Assembly: GCA_051439505.1 (NCBI GenBank)
Contig: JBFRWI010000158.1
Location: forward strand, 1-64,000
Source: Hormoscilla sp.
Lineage (GTDB): Bacteria; Cyanobacteriota; Cyanobacteriia; Cyanobacteriales; Desertifilaceae
DNA length: 64,000 nucleotides
Reading direction: 5' to 3'
Position numbers and translations under genes: made by a program. Shown here one piece after another: positions 40,862-52,405 of this stretch. Each line of letters opens with the position of its first letter. Position 1 is the stretch's first letter. The notes under the pieces are model-generated. The model was not told the DNA's origin. It ran no database searches and saw only the letters and a list, made by a program, of their open reading frames with translations.

Positions 40862-41188
40862 TTACGGTTCTTTTTCGAGGGCCGTATCTAGCTGCATACG
40901 CTGTTCCATCTGCCGCAAGAAATAACCGCTCATCATGGCAGAAGCTAGCAAATTGGCCAGATTTTCCTTTTCGGTGACTATCTGCATGTCAAAGTTTTCC
41001 GGGGGTAAGTTTCCCACCAGTCCGTACACGTTTTGGGAAATGATATCTTTTACTTCTGGCGCGATCGACTTGGCAACTCGGGCTAAAATGTCGGGATCCT
41101 GTTTTTTAATGTATTTCAGCAAATCGTTGCCTTGCTCTTGTGTTGCATCGTCAGAGAAGAATTCCGAGTCCTCAAGGGAAAAAACCAT
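40862..41188 (-). CDS. DUF760 domain protein
   Basis: N.LL.Y, G.LP...F..I...ENLA.LLASAMM.GYFLRQMEQR; usual neighbour of scpB in cyanobacteria. Confidence 0.85.
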   Translation of the reverse strand: MVFSLEDSEFFSDDATQEQGNDLLKYIKKQDPDILARVAKSIAPEVKDIISQNVYGLVGNLPPENFDMQIVTEKENLANLLASAMMSGYFLRQMEQRMQLDTALEKEP

Positions 41189-41330
41189 GAAACTGGTGAA
41201 TACCTGATTGGTGGCTACTGTTCCAGTATAGCATCGCTCTGGTATTTGGGGCTCCGATCGGGCCCCTGGGAACTAGGAAGGTCGAAGGGACTGTTGGGTA
41301 ACGTTGCGCAAACCCAACTGCACGGATGCT

Positions 41331-41825
41331 TCATTCCTTTACCTCCTCGCCTAGTAAGGGATTGGGCAGTTGCTCGATCTGGAAGTATTGATGAAATTTG
41401 TTGGTGACTTGCAAGGAGTACGATCGCCCATTTGCTTGCCGCTGTCGCTTCACTAACCCTAATTCTACCAGTTGACCCACGTGCTGATAGGCGCCGCTGC
41501 CTCGCAGATCGATCAGGTCGCTTTGCACGATCTTATCACTGAGGGCGATCGCGGCTAATGTTCGCAAGGCCCCGACTCCCAATTCTGCTGGCAGTAAGTT
41601 GTAGGCGATCTCCTGAAATTCCGATCGCAGTTGCAGAGAATATCCTGCGGGGGTCTCTACCACTTCTAAGGCGCTGGATCGACTGGCATAGTCGGCCATG
41701 AGTTCTTTCATCGCTGCTTTTGCCTGGCGCTTGTTGCATTTAGCATAGTTGGCGATCTCGGCCATCGACAGGGCTTTTCCCTTTAGGTATAGTATCGCTT
41801 CTATCTTTGTTGCTAAACGCTCCAT
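41331..41825 (-). CDS. scpB: SMC-Scp complex subunit ScpB
   Basis: IEAILY, ALRTLA.IA, DLRGSGAYQH, T.KF..YF; start at ATG 41825. Confidence 0.92.
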   Translation of the reverse strand: MERLATKIEAILYLKGKALSMAEIANYAKCNKRQAKAAMKELMADYASRSSALEVVETPAGYSLQLRSEFQEIAYNLLPAELGVGALRTLAAIALSDKIVQSDLIDLRGSGAYQHVGQLVELGLVKRQRQANGRSYSLQVTNKFHQYFQIEQLPNPLLGEEVKE

Positions 41826-42134
41826 TGGCTGAGGGCTTTTTTTCTGGACTCGCGGGCGATCGGGTATCCTTCTCACTTGACTATACCATAACCTCAATTC
41901 TCTGGCTACCTTCGCTGGCGCCAAAAAATTTGCCAGTCCTCCCACCAGCGGACTAAGCCTTGAGACCGGCGTTAAGAGCCCGAGTCCTGACTCACGTTAA
42001 AGGAAGGTTTTAACCGACTAATAAAATGATGCTTCAACTAATTGTCGCATTGTTTTGACAAAATGATCTAATAGCTAATGGAAATGAACAAAGAACTAGC
42101 CATTAGCCATTAGCCGATCGATCGTCTGTGCAAC

Positions 42135-43262
42135 CTATTTTTTCCCGGGTATCAAGCTGCCACTCAAACGCTTGAGCGCCGTACCTGCCACCTCTGCGTA
42201 ACTAAGTTGTCCGCAGAGGATTTTGATCATTACTTGGGTAGCAATGGGTTGCTTGACCATTTTATAGCCCACACCAGAAAATCGGTAAAAGGCCCCAGCT
42301 ATGCGCCCGGCCATCTTCATATCTGCTCCCCATTCTGCCGATATTACCTGAGTGTATTTCTCTAAGGCGTCACCTTCACCTCCTAGGGCCCGATCGATCG
42401 CCTCTGCTGCTTTCATGCCACTAAAGATGGAGGGGCGAATGCCTTCACCCATCAGCGGATCGACAATACTAGCAGCTTCGCCAGCTACAACCGCATTTTG
42501 GGCGTGCAGCTTGCGATCGCCATCCCACAAAAGCAGAGGATGTTCGTACCGCTGACTATTGCTAATCTCGATAGTAGCTGTCTGGGCGTATTCAGTCAGA
42601 AGAGACTGCAAGTCTTTGGGTTCGCCACCGACAAAGGTCGCGACGCTGATGGAATAGCCCTCTGCATGGGGAAAGTTCCAGATAAAACCATTTTTGTTTT
42701 TCTTCCCGCCAAAATCAAAGTGCATCTTGGGGTCATCTGGGGGGTTTTTTGCTTGTACCTCCAAGACCGCAGACATTCGCTGTTTACCCCCTTTGAAACC
42801 TAGCCATTTGGCCATTGGACCTTTGGCACCGTCAGCGGCAATTAGATAGCGACCCGTAACTGGTTCTTTGTCAGTATTTACTTGCCAACTGTCCTGGGAA
42901 AACTTGATGCCAGTAACTTCTGTATTGTCTCGCAGTTCGGCTCCCTGCTGCTGACCTTGCTGGATTAGAAAATGGTCGAATTTGTCTCGCCTTACCATCC
43001 ACATTGGTTCGCCTTTGATCTTGGCGTCCACTTCGTCTCCCATCTGCCAGCTGTAATGTATTTTGTCTACTCTCAGGGATATGGCCGGGGAAAAGTCAAA
43101 ATCAAACCATTGCCCGATCGCGGGTGAGACCCCGCCGCTACAGGGTTTATACCGAGGCAATGTTTCTTTTTCCAGAATCAATACCGAGCGTCCCCGCTTT
43201 GCCAAATGATAGGCTGCTGTTCCACCAGCTGGTCCAGCACCGACGATAATGCAATCATACAT
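42135..43262 (-). CDS. Geranylgeranyl reductase family FAD oxidoreductase
   Basis: YDCIIVGAGPAG, PRYKPCSGG, AADGA, W.FP, GEAA..VDP..GEGI. Confidence 0.88.
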   Translation of the reverse strand: MYDCIIVGAGPAGGTAAYHLAKRGRSVLILEKETLPRYKPCSGGVSPAIGQWFDFDFSPAISLRVDKIHYSWQMGDEVDAKIKGEPMWMVRRDKFDHFLIQQGQQQGAELRDNTEVTGIKFSQDSWQVNTDKEPVTGRYLIAADGAKGPMAKWLGFKGGKQRMSAVLEVQAKNPPDDPKMHFDFGGKKNKNGFIWNFPHAEGYSISVATFVGGEPKDLQSLLTEYAQTATIEISNSQRYEHPLLLWDGDRKLHAQNAVVAGEAASIVDPLMGEGIRPSIFSGMKAAEAIDRALGGEGDALEKYTQVISAEWGADMKMAGRIAGAFYRFSGVGYKMVKQPIATQVMIKILCGQLSYAEVAGTALKRLSGSLIPGKK

Positions 43263-43367
43263 AATACTGATTTTTGGCTCTCCTTTAACAACAATTCTCT
43301 GGCAGCTTATGAAGTATAATCTCGGGTCTTTCGCTTCCCTTCTCGGGGTTAAAATGACATGTTACAC

Positions 43368-43430
43368 GAACAATTAACAATTAACAACTAACAACTAACA
43401 ACTGACAACTGACAACTGACAACTGACAAT
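43368..43430. repeat. Heptamer tandem repeat (ACAATTA/ACAACTA/ACAACTG)n
   Basis: About 8 consecutive 7-bp units. Confidence 0.8.
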
Positions 43431-43490
43431 TTTTTCTTAAAGGATTATGATAGTTTATTATCATATTTAATCCATCGGGGTGGTGCTACT

Positions 43491-43670
43491 ATGAACTGGC
43501 AAGTTCTCATTCTCTACGCTAACGGCAATCAGGAAGTGCTGCACTCTTTCAATCAGCGAGAAGCTGCAATTAGATGTGTTGATGCAATTTACGCTGCTTG
43601 GGGCTATCCGATGCACCTTGCCTATGTCGTTCGTCCCGCAGATCCTGCTACTGTCAGAGTCTCTGCATGA
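43491..43670 (+). CDS. Small hypothetical protein (59 aa)
   Basis: Manual ORF MNWQVLILYANGNQEVLHSFNQREAAIRCVDAIYAAWGYPMHLAYVVRPADPATVRVSA*, below the track cut-off. Confidence 0.6.
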   Translation: MNWQVLILYANGNQEVLHSFNQREAAIRCVDAIYAAWGYPMHLAYVVRPADPATVRVSA

Positions 43671-43878
43671 CTTCTAACGCCAAGTTTTTTATCTCCCATT
43701 TTCTGTTTTCCGAAGGTGGGGAAGATCGCTGCGCCTCCCTACAGATCATCACCCCTAATACCTTTCACCCCTAATGTCTTTCACCCCTCCGACTACTGGT
43801 ACTTTCCAAAAGATGCAGCCGTTAGCTGTCAATGCTCACAACTGCATCTTGGCCTTAGCTAAGGGTAGAAGATCGCCA

Positions 43879-44427
43879 TCAAACTGTAGTAATTTCTTTT
43901 TCTTTTTTGGCCAGTAATTCATCAATTTGGGCGATATACTTGTTAGTTAGCTTTTGAATTTCTTCCTGCAAGTCTCGCCCTTGATCTTCAGAAATATCAC
44001 CGTTTTTTTCTTGTTTGCGGACAGACTCTACCGCCTCCCTGCGGTTGTTCCGAATTGAGACCTTGCCTTCTTCAGCGTACCTAGCGGCGAGTCTCACAAA
44101 TTCTTTGCGTCGTTCGCTCGTTAGGGGGGGAATATTCAGTCTAATTACATTTCCATCATTATTCGGTGTCAAACCCACATCTGATAGAGAAATTCCTTTT
44201 TCTATCAGATTTAGCGTACCCTTGTCATAGGGTTGAATCAAAAGCGTACTGGCATCGGGCGTACTCACGTTCGCCAGAGACTTGAGAGGTGTTGGGGTCT
44301 CGTAGTAATCTACCATCACCTTGTCCAGTAGGCTGGGATTAGCCCGACCCGTGCGGATGGTATTAAAAGCTCGTTGAGTCGCCTCAACTGCGCTGTCCAT
44401 CATAATTTCAGCTTCATCTAAATCCAT
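43879..44427 (-). CDS. frr: Ribosome recycling factor
   Basis: [30 protein letters not shown]; downstream of pyrH; start probably ATG 44427. Confidence 0.96.
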   Translation of the reverse strand: MDLDEAEIMMDSAVEATQRAFNTIRTGRANPSLLDKVMVDYYETPTPLKSLANVSTPDASTLLIQPYDKGTLNLIEKGISLSDVGLTPNNDGNVIRLNIPPLTSERRKEFVRLAARYAEEGKVSIRNNRREAVESVRKQEKNGDISEDQGRDLQEEIQKLTNKYIAQIDELLAKKEKEITTV

Positions 44428-44478
44428 GCTAACCTCCATTTCTCTAATCACATTCATAGCACGGGGTGGGATTTTTTT

Positions 44479-45210
<732 letters not shown>

Positions 45211-45294
45211 TCACTATTTTCTTAACTCAAATAACCTCCCACCGATTATTACAGATCCGATCTTGCAATTTGTCAAGCCAAGCTTGATAATTCT

Positions 45295-45852
45295 TTAGTG
45301 CCGCCGCCATTTAATCTCGCTGCCCACTGGATCTGTCGAGGCGATCGTGACTGGTTGGCCCTCAAGTACCTGGCCGATCGCCTGACGTAGGTAAGACACC
45401 TGCACTGCGGCTGCATCTTCTGGATTATCATCAATCAGCCCCCGATAGCGCAGTATTCCCTGATGGTCTAGCACGAAAGCCTCTGGCGTCCTGCTGGCGC
45501 CGAAGCTGCGAGCCACATCCTGAGTCACGTCTCGTAGATAAGGAAAGTTCATTCCGCCGGAGGTAGCAAATATTTTCATTAGCTCCATGCTTTCTGCCCG
45601 GTCTTGGGTCGTATCATTGGCGTTCATCCCGATCAGGGTTACCCCCATGGAAGCCAATTCAGTCTGGAGTTGTTTTAGCCTTTCCAGGTAATGCTGCACG
45701 TAGGGGCAGTTATTGCTGATAAATATGACAGCTACCACCTGATATTCTTCCAGATATCTGGCCAGGTGGTGAACTTCATCATCTACCCCAGGCACCTCAA
45801 AATCTGGTGCATAGCTGCTAATGGGAGTACCCGCCAAATTCATTACGCTCAT
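45295..45852 (-). CDS. Thioredoxin-family (AhpC/TSA-like) protein
   Basis: APDF, N.CPYV, MNFPYL.D.TQ.VA, TPEAF, YRG.IDD. Confidence 0.85.
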   Translation of the reverse strand: MSVMNLAGTPISSYAPDFEVPGVDDEVHHLARYLEEYQVVAVIFISNNCPYVQHYLERLKQLQTELASMGVTLIGMNANDTTQDRAESMELMKIFATSGGMNFPYLRDVTQDVARSFGASRTPEAFVLDHQGILRYRGLIDDNPEDAAAVQVSYLRQAIGQVLEGQPVTIASTDPVGSEIKWRRH

Positions 45853-45872
45853 TTCCCTTCTGCTACATAAGA

Positions 45873-46300
45873 ATTACCCAAAGCTGCCCACAAGTAGACA
45901 CCTCTGTAACTTACTTCCTGTTTCACTCTGATAGTGTCGGCACTGACCAGTCCACAGGCGTTCCACCGCCTAACTGGCGGCTATTTCCAAATTAATGGAG
46001 GCATGTCTGATCTCGATCTATCTCTAGACCACTGTTGTCACACCGGAAGATTCTTTCCGATAACGGCATGGAGTCTTTTTTGGTGTGACATCTAGAACAG
46101 GTCTTAGTTGAAGGATACCATTGGTCAAGCACGACTAAGGTCGAGCCATACAACTCACACTTGTACTCCAGTTGCCGTCTGAACTCGTAGAAACCCATGT
46201 CACCAATAGCTTTCGCCAGCTGGCGATGGGCCATCATCCCGGACACATTCAAGTCTTCAATTCCTATTCGGCTGTGGTTCTTGGCCAAATATGTCGTTCG
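45873..46300 (-). pseudogene. 3' fragment of a second tnpB with element right end
   Basis: [37 protein letters not shown] then frameshift; N-terminus absent; end TACCCAAAG similar to the 39486 element. Confidence 0.85.
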
Positions 46301-46834
46301 ATTATCAATTATCAATTATTAACCGAGTTTCCCACGGAAGCCAGTTCCATTATGTCACAGCCAATCACTCGATCTGACTCAAAACAACGCCGCAGTCGGC
46401 TAGTCAGGGGGTATGGCCTGAAATGCCCTTGCCATCCAATCTGGTTGGGGGACAATTTCCCGCGCCCCGATCGCCGGCAGTTGTTGGGCCTTAATCAGAT
46501 CCGCCTCTTTGTCGGGTGGGCAATCCCATCTCCAGTATCCGGCCCATGACCCAATTTTGCAACGAGCCTTCATATTCATAGCGCAAATCTCCGCGATCGT
46601 CAATTTGAATTACGGTAAAGAGTGCGTCGGGATCTGCTGGTACGAGAATGAGCGCAAACATAGTCTTTTGGGTGGCTTGCAACATTTTCCATAGAGTTGT
46701 TAATTGCTAATTGTCAATGGTTATTTGACATTACTTTTATTCGTGACTGAAATCACAATTATTTATGTCAAAGATTACATATATAAATAGGAAGGATAAG
46801 ATATAAGAATAGAAGCCGAAATGGGAAAGCAAGT

Positions 46835-49800
46835 ATGATTAATATAAGTATAAGTGGCTATAAGCTGATAGAAAAAATCCATGACAGCACCAGAACGATC
46901 GTTTATCGAGGGATACGTGAAGATGACCAAAAAAGGGCGATATTAAAGCTGCTGAAGGCAGAGTATCCTACATTTGCGGAACTGGTGCAGTTGAGAAATC
47001 AGTACGTGATCGCCCTTAACTTGGACCTGCCGGGGGTGGTCACCCCTCTGGCCCTGGAGAACTACCGCCATGGCTTTGCCCTGGTGATGGCAGATGATGA
47101 AAGCATATCTCTGAAGGAGTATACTGGTGATAACCCTCTCAAGATAGAGGAATTTTTCCCGATCGCTATTTATCTGGTGAATACCCTGGAAGGATTATAT
47201 CAAAATCGGGTAATTCATAAAGATATCAAACCCCACAATATCCTGATTAACCCGGAAACCCAGCAGGTAAAACTGATAGACTTCTCGATTTCTTCCCTCT
47301 TGCCTAGAGAAACTACGGAAATTCAAAACCCGAACATTTTGGAAGGAACCCTCGCTTATATCTCTCCAGAACAGACGGGGCGCATGAACCGAGGCATAGA
47401 TTATCGCAGTGATTTTTATTCTTTGGGCGTTACCTGGTACGAACTGCTGACGGGACAGTTGCCTTTCGAGTCGAAGGATCCAATGGAGTTAGTCCACTGT
47501 CACATTGCCAAACAACCAACTCCACTCCACGAGATAGCACCGGATATTCCCAAAACTCTCTCCCTCGTCGTGATGAAGTTGATGGCCAAGACGGCAGAAG
47601 ACCGCTATCAAAGTGCCAGGGGGATCCGTCACGACCTGGAAATCTGTTGGCAGCAATGGCAGCAGCAGGGTAGCATTACAGCTTTTACTTTGGGAACCCA
47701 CGATAGAAGCGATCGCTTTATCATCCCGGAAAAGCTTTACGGGCGGGAAAGGGAAGTCGAAACATTGCTGGCAGCATTCGATCGCATTTCTGAGGGCAGG
47801 ACGGAAATGATGCTAGTGGCAGGTTTTTCGGGAATTGGGAAAACCGCTGTGGTCAATGAAGTCCACAAACCCATTGTCCGCCAACGGGGTTATTTCATCA
47901 AGGGCAAATTCGACCAATTCCAGCGAAATGTTCCTTTTGTAGCCCTGGTGCAAGCTTTCTCTAACCTGATGGGGCAATTACTCACCGAAAGTGCAGCCAA
48001 ATTGCAAGAGTGGCAAAATAAAATTATCATAGCTTTGGGAGAAAACGCTCAAGTAATTATTGATGTCATCCCGGAACTGGAACGGGTAATTGGCAAGCAA
48101 CCACCGGTGCCAGAACTGAGTGGTAGCGCGGCCCAGAATCGGTTTAATCTGCTGTTTGGCAAGTTTATGCAGGTGTTTGCTACGCAAGAACATCCTCTGG
48201 TAATTTTTCTGGATGACTTGCAATGGGCGGACTCCGCTTCCCTGAAGTTGATGCAGCTATTGATGAGCGCCAGGGATAGTCCCTATCTACTGTTAATTGG
48301 GGCTTATCGGGATAATGAAGTGAGTCCCGCGCATCCGTTAATGCTGACTTTAGATGAGATTGGCAAAACTGAGGCGACTGTTAATCAAATTACCCTCGCC
48401 CCCCTAGGTATAAATGCTCTCAACCGCCTGGTTGCCGATAGCTTTATTTGTCCGCCAGAACTAGCATTGCCCTTGACGGAACTGGTGTATCAGAAAACCA
48501 AAGGCAATCCTTTCTTTAGCAATCAGTTCCTGAAATCCCTGTACGAAGAGGGACTGATTATCTTTAATGCAGATGCTGGTTATTGGCAGTGCGACATGAC
48601 CGGCGTTAAGGAACTGTCTCTGACGGATGATGTGGTGGAGTTTATGGCCCGGCAACTGCAAAAAATGCCCTCGTCAACTCAAAATGTATTGGAATTGGCG
48701 GCTTGTATTGGCAATCAGTTTGACTTAGAAACTCTGGCGATCGTCTCCTCAAAGTCTCAAGGGGAAACGGCAGCATCCTTGTGGAAAGCGTTGCAAGAAG
48801 GGTTGATTATACCTATCAGTCAAACCTACAAGTTCTTTCAGTCCGCAGAGGAAGGGGCTGAGGGGTCGGAGAATTTATCGGTTGAGTACAAGTTTTTGCA
48901 CGATCGGGTGCAGCAAGCGGCTTATTCCCTGATTCCGGAAGAGGAAAAAAAGACTACGCACTTGCAAATCGGGCAATTGTTGTTGCGCAACATCCCAGAA
49001 ACACAACGAGAAGAGAAAATCTTCGATCTGGTCAATCAGTTAAATTATGGAGTGGAGTTAATCACTCAACCCATTGAACGGGAACAGTTAGCAAGGTTTA
49101 ATTTAGCGGCGGGCACCAAGGCAAAAGCGGCAACGGCTTACAGTGCTGCCGTTGGCTATTTCGCGATCGGTCGAGAACTGCTGGTAATCGACTGTTGGCA
49201 GAGTCAGTACGAACTCACTTTAGCATTGTACGAGTCTGCGGCAGAAGCAACATATCTCAACGGCCAGTATGGGGAAATGGAAGCCTTGGTATCTGTGGTA
49301 TTAGAACGGGCCCGAACTCTGTTGCACAAGGTGAAAGCCTATGAAGTTCAAATCCAAGCCAAGATAGCACATAACCAGATGCTATCTGCGGTGCAAACTG
49401 CCCGAGAAGTGTTGAAATTGTTAGACGTTACTTTCCCAGATGCACCAGAATTTGCAGACATTGAGAATGCCTTGCAGGAAACAGGGTCAAATTTAGCCGG
49501 AACAACTATTTCAGAACTAATAGAACTCCCGGAAATGACCGATCGGAACGTGCTGGCAGCTATGCAACTCTCCAACAGTATATTTGGCGCTGCCTATTTA
49601 GCCGTTCCTACCCTGATGCCCCTAATTGTCTTTAAGCAAGTGAATTTGTCTGTGAAATACGGCAATACTTCCGTCTCGGCTTTTGCTTATGTTAATTATG
49701 GTTTACTTTTGTGTGCTTTGGTGGGGGATCTAGATGCGGGTTGGGAATTTGGCAAGCTTTCCTTGAAAGTGCTGTCAAATTTGAATGCTAAGAATTTTCA

Positions 49801-52231
49801 AGCTCGGGTGATGGCAAATTTTAATATATTTGTCAGGCATTGGAAAGAACATCTGCATTCGACCTTAACACCTTTGCTAGAGGCTTACTCTTGCGGCTTG
49901 GAGACGGGAGATTTAGAATTCGCCGCCTATTCGGCTTACAATTATTGCCGGAATCTATATTTGAGCGGCCAACCCCTATCAGATGTAAAAAAAGAGTTAT
50001 TAAACTACAATAGCGCTCTGGTGCAGATCAAGCAAGAAACAACTCTGAATTATGGAAAGATCTGCTTGCAAGTCGTCTGCAACTTGATAGATAAAGTCGC
50101 AGATTTTTCCCAAATCACCGGGGAAGTATACGAGGAACAGGCGATGCTGCCAATGCATCAGCAAGGGAACGATCGCTACGCGCTGTTCTGCTTGTCTTTC
50201 CACAAACTTATCGGATGCTATCTGTTTCGGCAGTACGATCGAGCTGTTACCCAAGGTGACTTGGCAGAAAGTTGTTTGGATGGCGCGACGGGAATGCCAG
50301 ATGTGGCCGTATTCTATTTCTACGATTCTCTGGCAAGGTTGGCGGTATCGGATTTGGCGGCAGTTTCAGAACAAAAAGAGTTTCTCCGCAAGGTGGAGGG
50401 AAATCAAGAAAAAATGCAAAAATGGGCCCATCACGCGCCCATGAACCATTTGCACAAATTCCATCTAGTAGCAGCGGAGCGACATCGGGTGTTAGGTGAA
50501 AAGATGGAGGCCATGGAGATGTTCGATCGGGCGATCGCGGGCGCCCAGGAAAACGGGTACGTACAAGAAGAAGCCTTGGCCAACGAACTGGCTGGCAAAT
50601 TCTACTTAGAATGGGGCAAGGAAACCATTGCCGAAGCCTATCTGAAGAAAGCCTACTACTGCTATGCCCGCTGGGGTGCGAAGGCCAAAGTAGAAGACCT
50701 GGAAAAACGCTATCCGCAATATCTAGTGCCGATATTAAACCTGGAAGAAACTAGCTTGACTACCAGAGAAACTATATCCCGCCTGACTGCTGGGACCGTG
50801 ACTTCCACAAGTACCAGTGGCATCAGTGCGGTTCTGGAGTTAGAAACAGTCATGAAAGCTGGGCAAGCTATTTCTGGGGAAATTCAGCTAGATAAGTTGC
50901 TGGCAATTTTGATGCAGGTGGTGATGGAGAATGGGGGAGCATCAAAAGGGGCTCTGATTTTACCATCCGGAGAGAACCTGATGCTAGCAGTGAGCTGTGT
51001 AAACAATCAAGCCTGTAAGATATTTTCTCCAACCGTTGTCAGTTCCAGTGAAGTTCCTCTCAGTCTGCTCAACTATGTCCAACGCACAATGGAAACTGTA
51101 GTTATTAAGGATGCTAGCAAAGAAACTACCTGGGCAGGCGACCCCTACATGATAGAGCATGAACCCAAATCTGTCCTCTGTACTCCGATTATTCGTCAAG
51201 GTAAGACTATCGGGATCCTGTACCTGGAAAATAATCTGGTAACTGGAGCCTTTACCCCCGATCGGGTGGAAGTTCTGAACATCCTCTGCGCTCAAGCTGC
51301 CATCTCCTTAGAGAACGCCCAACTTTACCAGCAGTCACAAGACTACGCCTACAAGCTAGAACAATCACTGCAACAACTTCAAGAAATGCAACTTCAACTT
51401 GTGCAAGGTGAAAAGATGGCGTCTCTGGGTCAATTAGCAGCAGGGGTTGCCCACGAAATCAACAATCCCGTCAGCTTCATCGCGGGTAATATCAACCATG
51501 CCCGGGAGTATGTCCGGGATCTGATTAACCTGATCGATCTGTACCAAGAACATTATCCCCAGCCCCTGCCAGAAATATCGGAGGAGATCGAAGCTATTGA
51601 CTTAGAGTATCTAGTCAAAGATTTGCCGGAACTGATTTCTTCCATGGAAACAGGGACAAACCGCATTACTCAAATTAGCCACTCCATGAGAACCTTCTCC
51701 CGTGCGGATACTGTTAGCAAGGTGTTGTTTAACATCCATGACGGACTAGATAGTACCCTGATGATTTTAAGTCATCGCCTGAAAGCAAACCCAAACCGCC
51801 CGGAGATTCAGATCGTCAAAAACTATGGGGAGTTGCCGGAAATCCCATGCTATCCCGGGCAACTCAATCAGGTGTTTATGAATCTGATGGCCAATGCCAT
51901 TGATGCCCTGGAGGAGTATAATCAGGGACGGAGTTACTCCGAAATTAAGGATAACCCCAATCAAATTACCATTAGCACGGAAATTCTGGAGAACAGTCAA
52001 GATATAGCGATCGGGATTAAAGATAATGGCCCGGGCATGTCAGAGGAGGTACAACGCAAGGTATTCGAGCATTTGTTCACTACTAAACCCCCTGGCAAGG
52101 GGACGGGGTTGGGGTTGTCTATCTCTCGGCAGATTGTCGAGGATAAACATGGTGGTAAACTTAAGTGTAGTTCCCAAGTTGGTGTTGGTACAGAGTTTGT
52201 TATTGAGATTCCTCTCGGGGGCGATCGTTGA
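46835..52231 (+). CDS. Ser/Thr kinase - AAA ATPase - GAF - histidine kinase (HstK-type hybrid)
   Basis: HKDIKPHN, GTLAYISPE, GFSGIGKT, FLDDLQWAD, GAF (YLENNL), H-box AHEINNP, N/G boxes QVFMN, DNGPG, GTGLGL. Confidence 0.95.
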   Translation: MINISISGYKLIEKIHDSTRTIVYRGIREDDQKRAILKLLKAEYPTFAELVQLRNQYVIALNLDLPGVVTPLALENYRHGFALVMADDESISLKEYTGDNPLKIEEFFPIAIYLVNTLEGLYQNRVIHKDIKPHNILINPETQQVKLIDFSISSLLPRETTEIQNPNILEGTLAYISPEQTGRMNRGIDYRSDFYSLGVTWYELLTGQLPFESKDPMELVHCHIAKQPTPLHEIAPDIPKTLSLVVMKLMAKTAEDRYQSARGIRHDLEICWQQWQQQGSITAFTLGTHDRSDRFIIPEKLYGREREVETLLAAFDRISEGRTEMMLVAGFSGIGKTAVVNEVHKPIVRQRGYFIKGKFDQFQRNVPFVALVQAFSNLMGQLLTESAAKLQEWQNKIIIALGENAQVIIDVIPELERVIGKQPPVPELSGSAAQNRFNLLFGKFMQVFATQEHPLVIFLDDLQWADSASLKLMQLLMSARDSPYLLLIGAYRDNEVSPAHPLMLTLDEIGKTEATVNQITLAPLGINALNRLVADSFICPPELALPLTELVYQKTKGNPFFSNQFLKSLYEEGLIIFNADAGYWQCDMTGVKELSLTDDVVEFMARQLQKMPSSTQNVLELAACIGNQFDLETLAIVSSKSQGETAASLWKALQEGLIIPISQTYKFFQSAEEGAEGSENLSVEYKFLHDRVQQAAYSLIPEEEKKTTHLQIGQLLLRNIPETQREEKIFDLVNQLNYGVELITQPIEREQLARFNLAAGTKAKAATAYSAAVGYFAIGRELLVIDCWQSQYELTLALYESAAEATYLNGQYGEMEALVSVVLERARTLLHKVKAYEVQIQAKIAHNQMLSAVQTAREVLKLLDVTFPDAPEFADIENALQETGSNLAGTTISELIELPEMTDRNVLAAMQLSNSIFGAAYLAVPTLMPLIVFKQVNLSVKYGNTSVSAFAYVNYGLLLCALVGDLDAGWEFGKLSLKVLSNLNAKNFQARVMANFNIFVRHWKEHLHSTLTPLLEAYSCGLETGDLEFAAYSAYNYCRNLYLSGQPLSDVKKELLNYNSALVQIKQETTLNYGKICLQVVCNLIDKVADFSQITGEVYEEQAMLPMHQQGNDRYALFCLSFHKLIGCYLFRQYDRAVTQGDLAESCLDGATGMPDVAVFYFYDSLARLAVSDLAAVSEQKEFLRKVEGNQEKMQKWAHHAPMNHLHKFHLVAAERHRVLGEKMEAMEMFDRAIAGAQENGYVQEEALANELAGKFYLEWGKETIAEAYLKKAYYCYARWGAKAKVEDLEKRYPQYLVPILNLEETSLTTRETISRLTAGTVTSTSTSGISAVLELETVMKAGQAISGEIQLDKLLAILMQVVMENGGASKGALILPSGENLMLAVSCVNNQACKIFSPTVVSSSEVPLSLLNYVQRTMETVVIKDASKETTWAGDPYMIEHEPKSVLCTPIIRQGKTIGILYLENNLVTGAFTPDRVEVLNILCAQAAISLENAQLYQQSQDYAYKLEQSLQQLQEMQLQLVQGEKMASLGQLAAGVAHEINNPVSFIAGNINHAREYVRDLINLIDLYQEHYPQPLPEISEEIEAIDLEYLVKDLPELISSMETGTNRITQISHSMRTFSRADTVSKVLFNIHDGLDSTLMILSHRLKANPNRPEIQIVKNYGELPEIPCYPGQLNQVFMNLMANAIDALEEYNQGRSYSEIKDNPNQITISTEILENSQDIAIGIKDNGPGMSEEVQRKVFEHLFTTKPPGKGTGLGLSISRQIVEDKHGGKLKCSSQVGVGTEFVIEIPLGGDR

Positions 52232-52278
52232 CAATAGGTGAGTGTGATAAGATTGTTATATGATACCATGGATTAGCT

Positions 52279-52368
52279 ATGAAGACAGAAACCATCACTT
52301 TTTAAGTTCCTATTAATCTACTGGCAGCCTTAAAATTAGGCAGCGCCGAATCGGAACTAGAGGTTTAA
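52279..52368 (+). pseudogene. Possible UPF0175-like antitoxin remnant
   Basis: MKTETITF*VPINLLAALKLGSAESELEV*; short and interrupted. Confidence 0.3.
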
Positions 52369-52405
52369 TTAAGGGGAATCATTTGCGAGGCGACATTAGT
52401 ATAAG

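Noticed and set aside
46303..46690. Short overlapping minus-strand ORFs (46400-46603, 46491-46685)
   Set aside because: Possibly a decayed gene next to the tnpB fragment, but no family could be recognised
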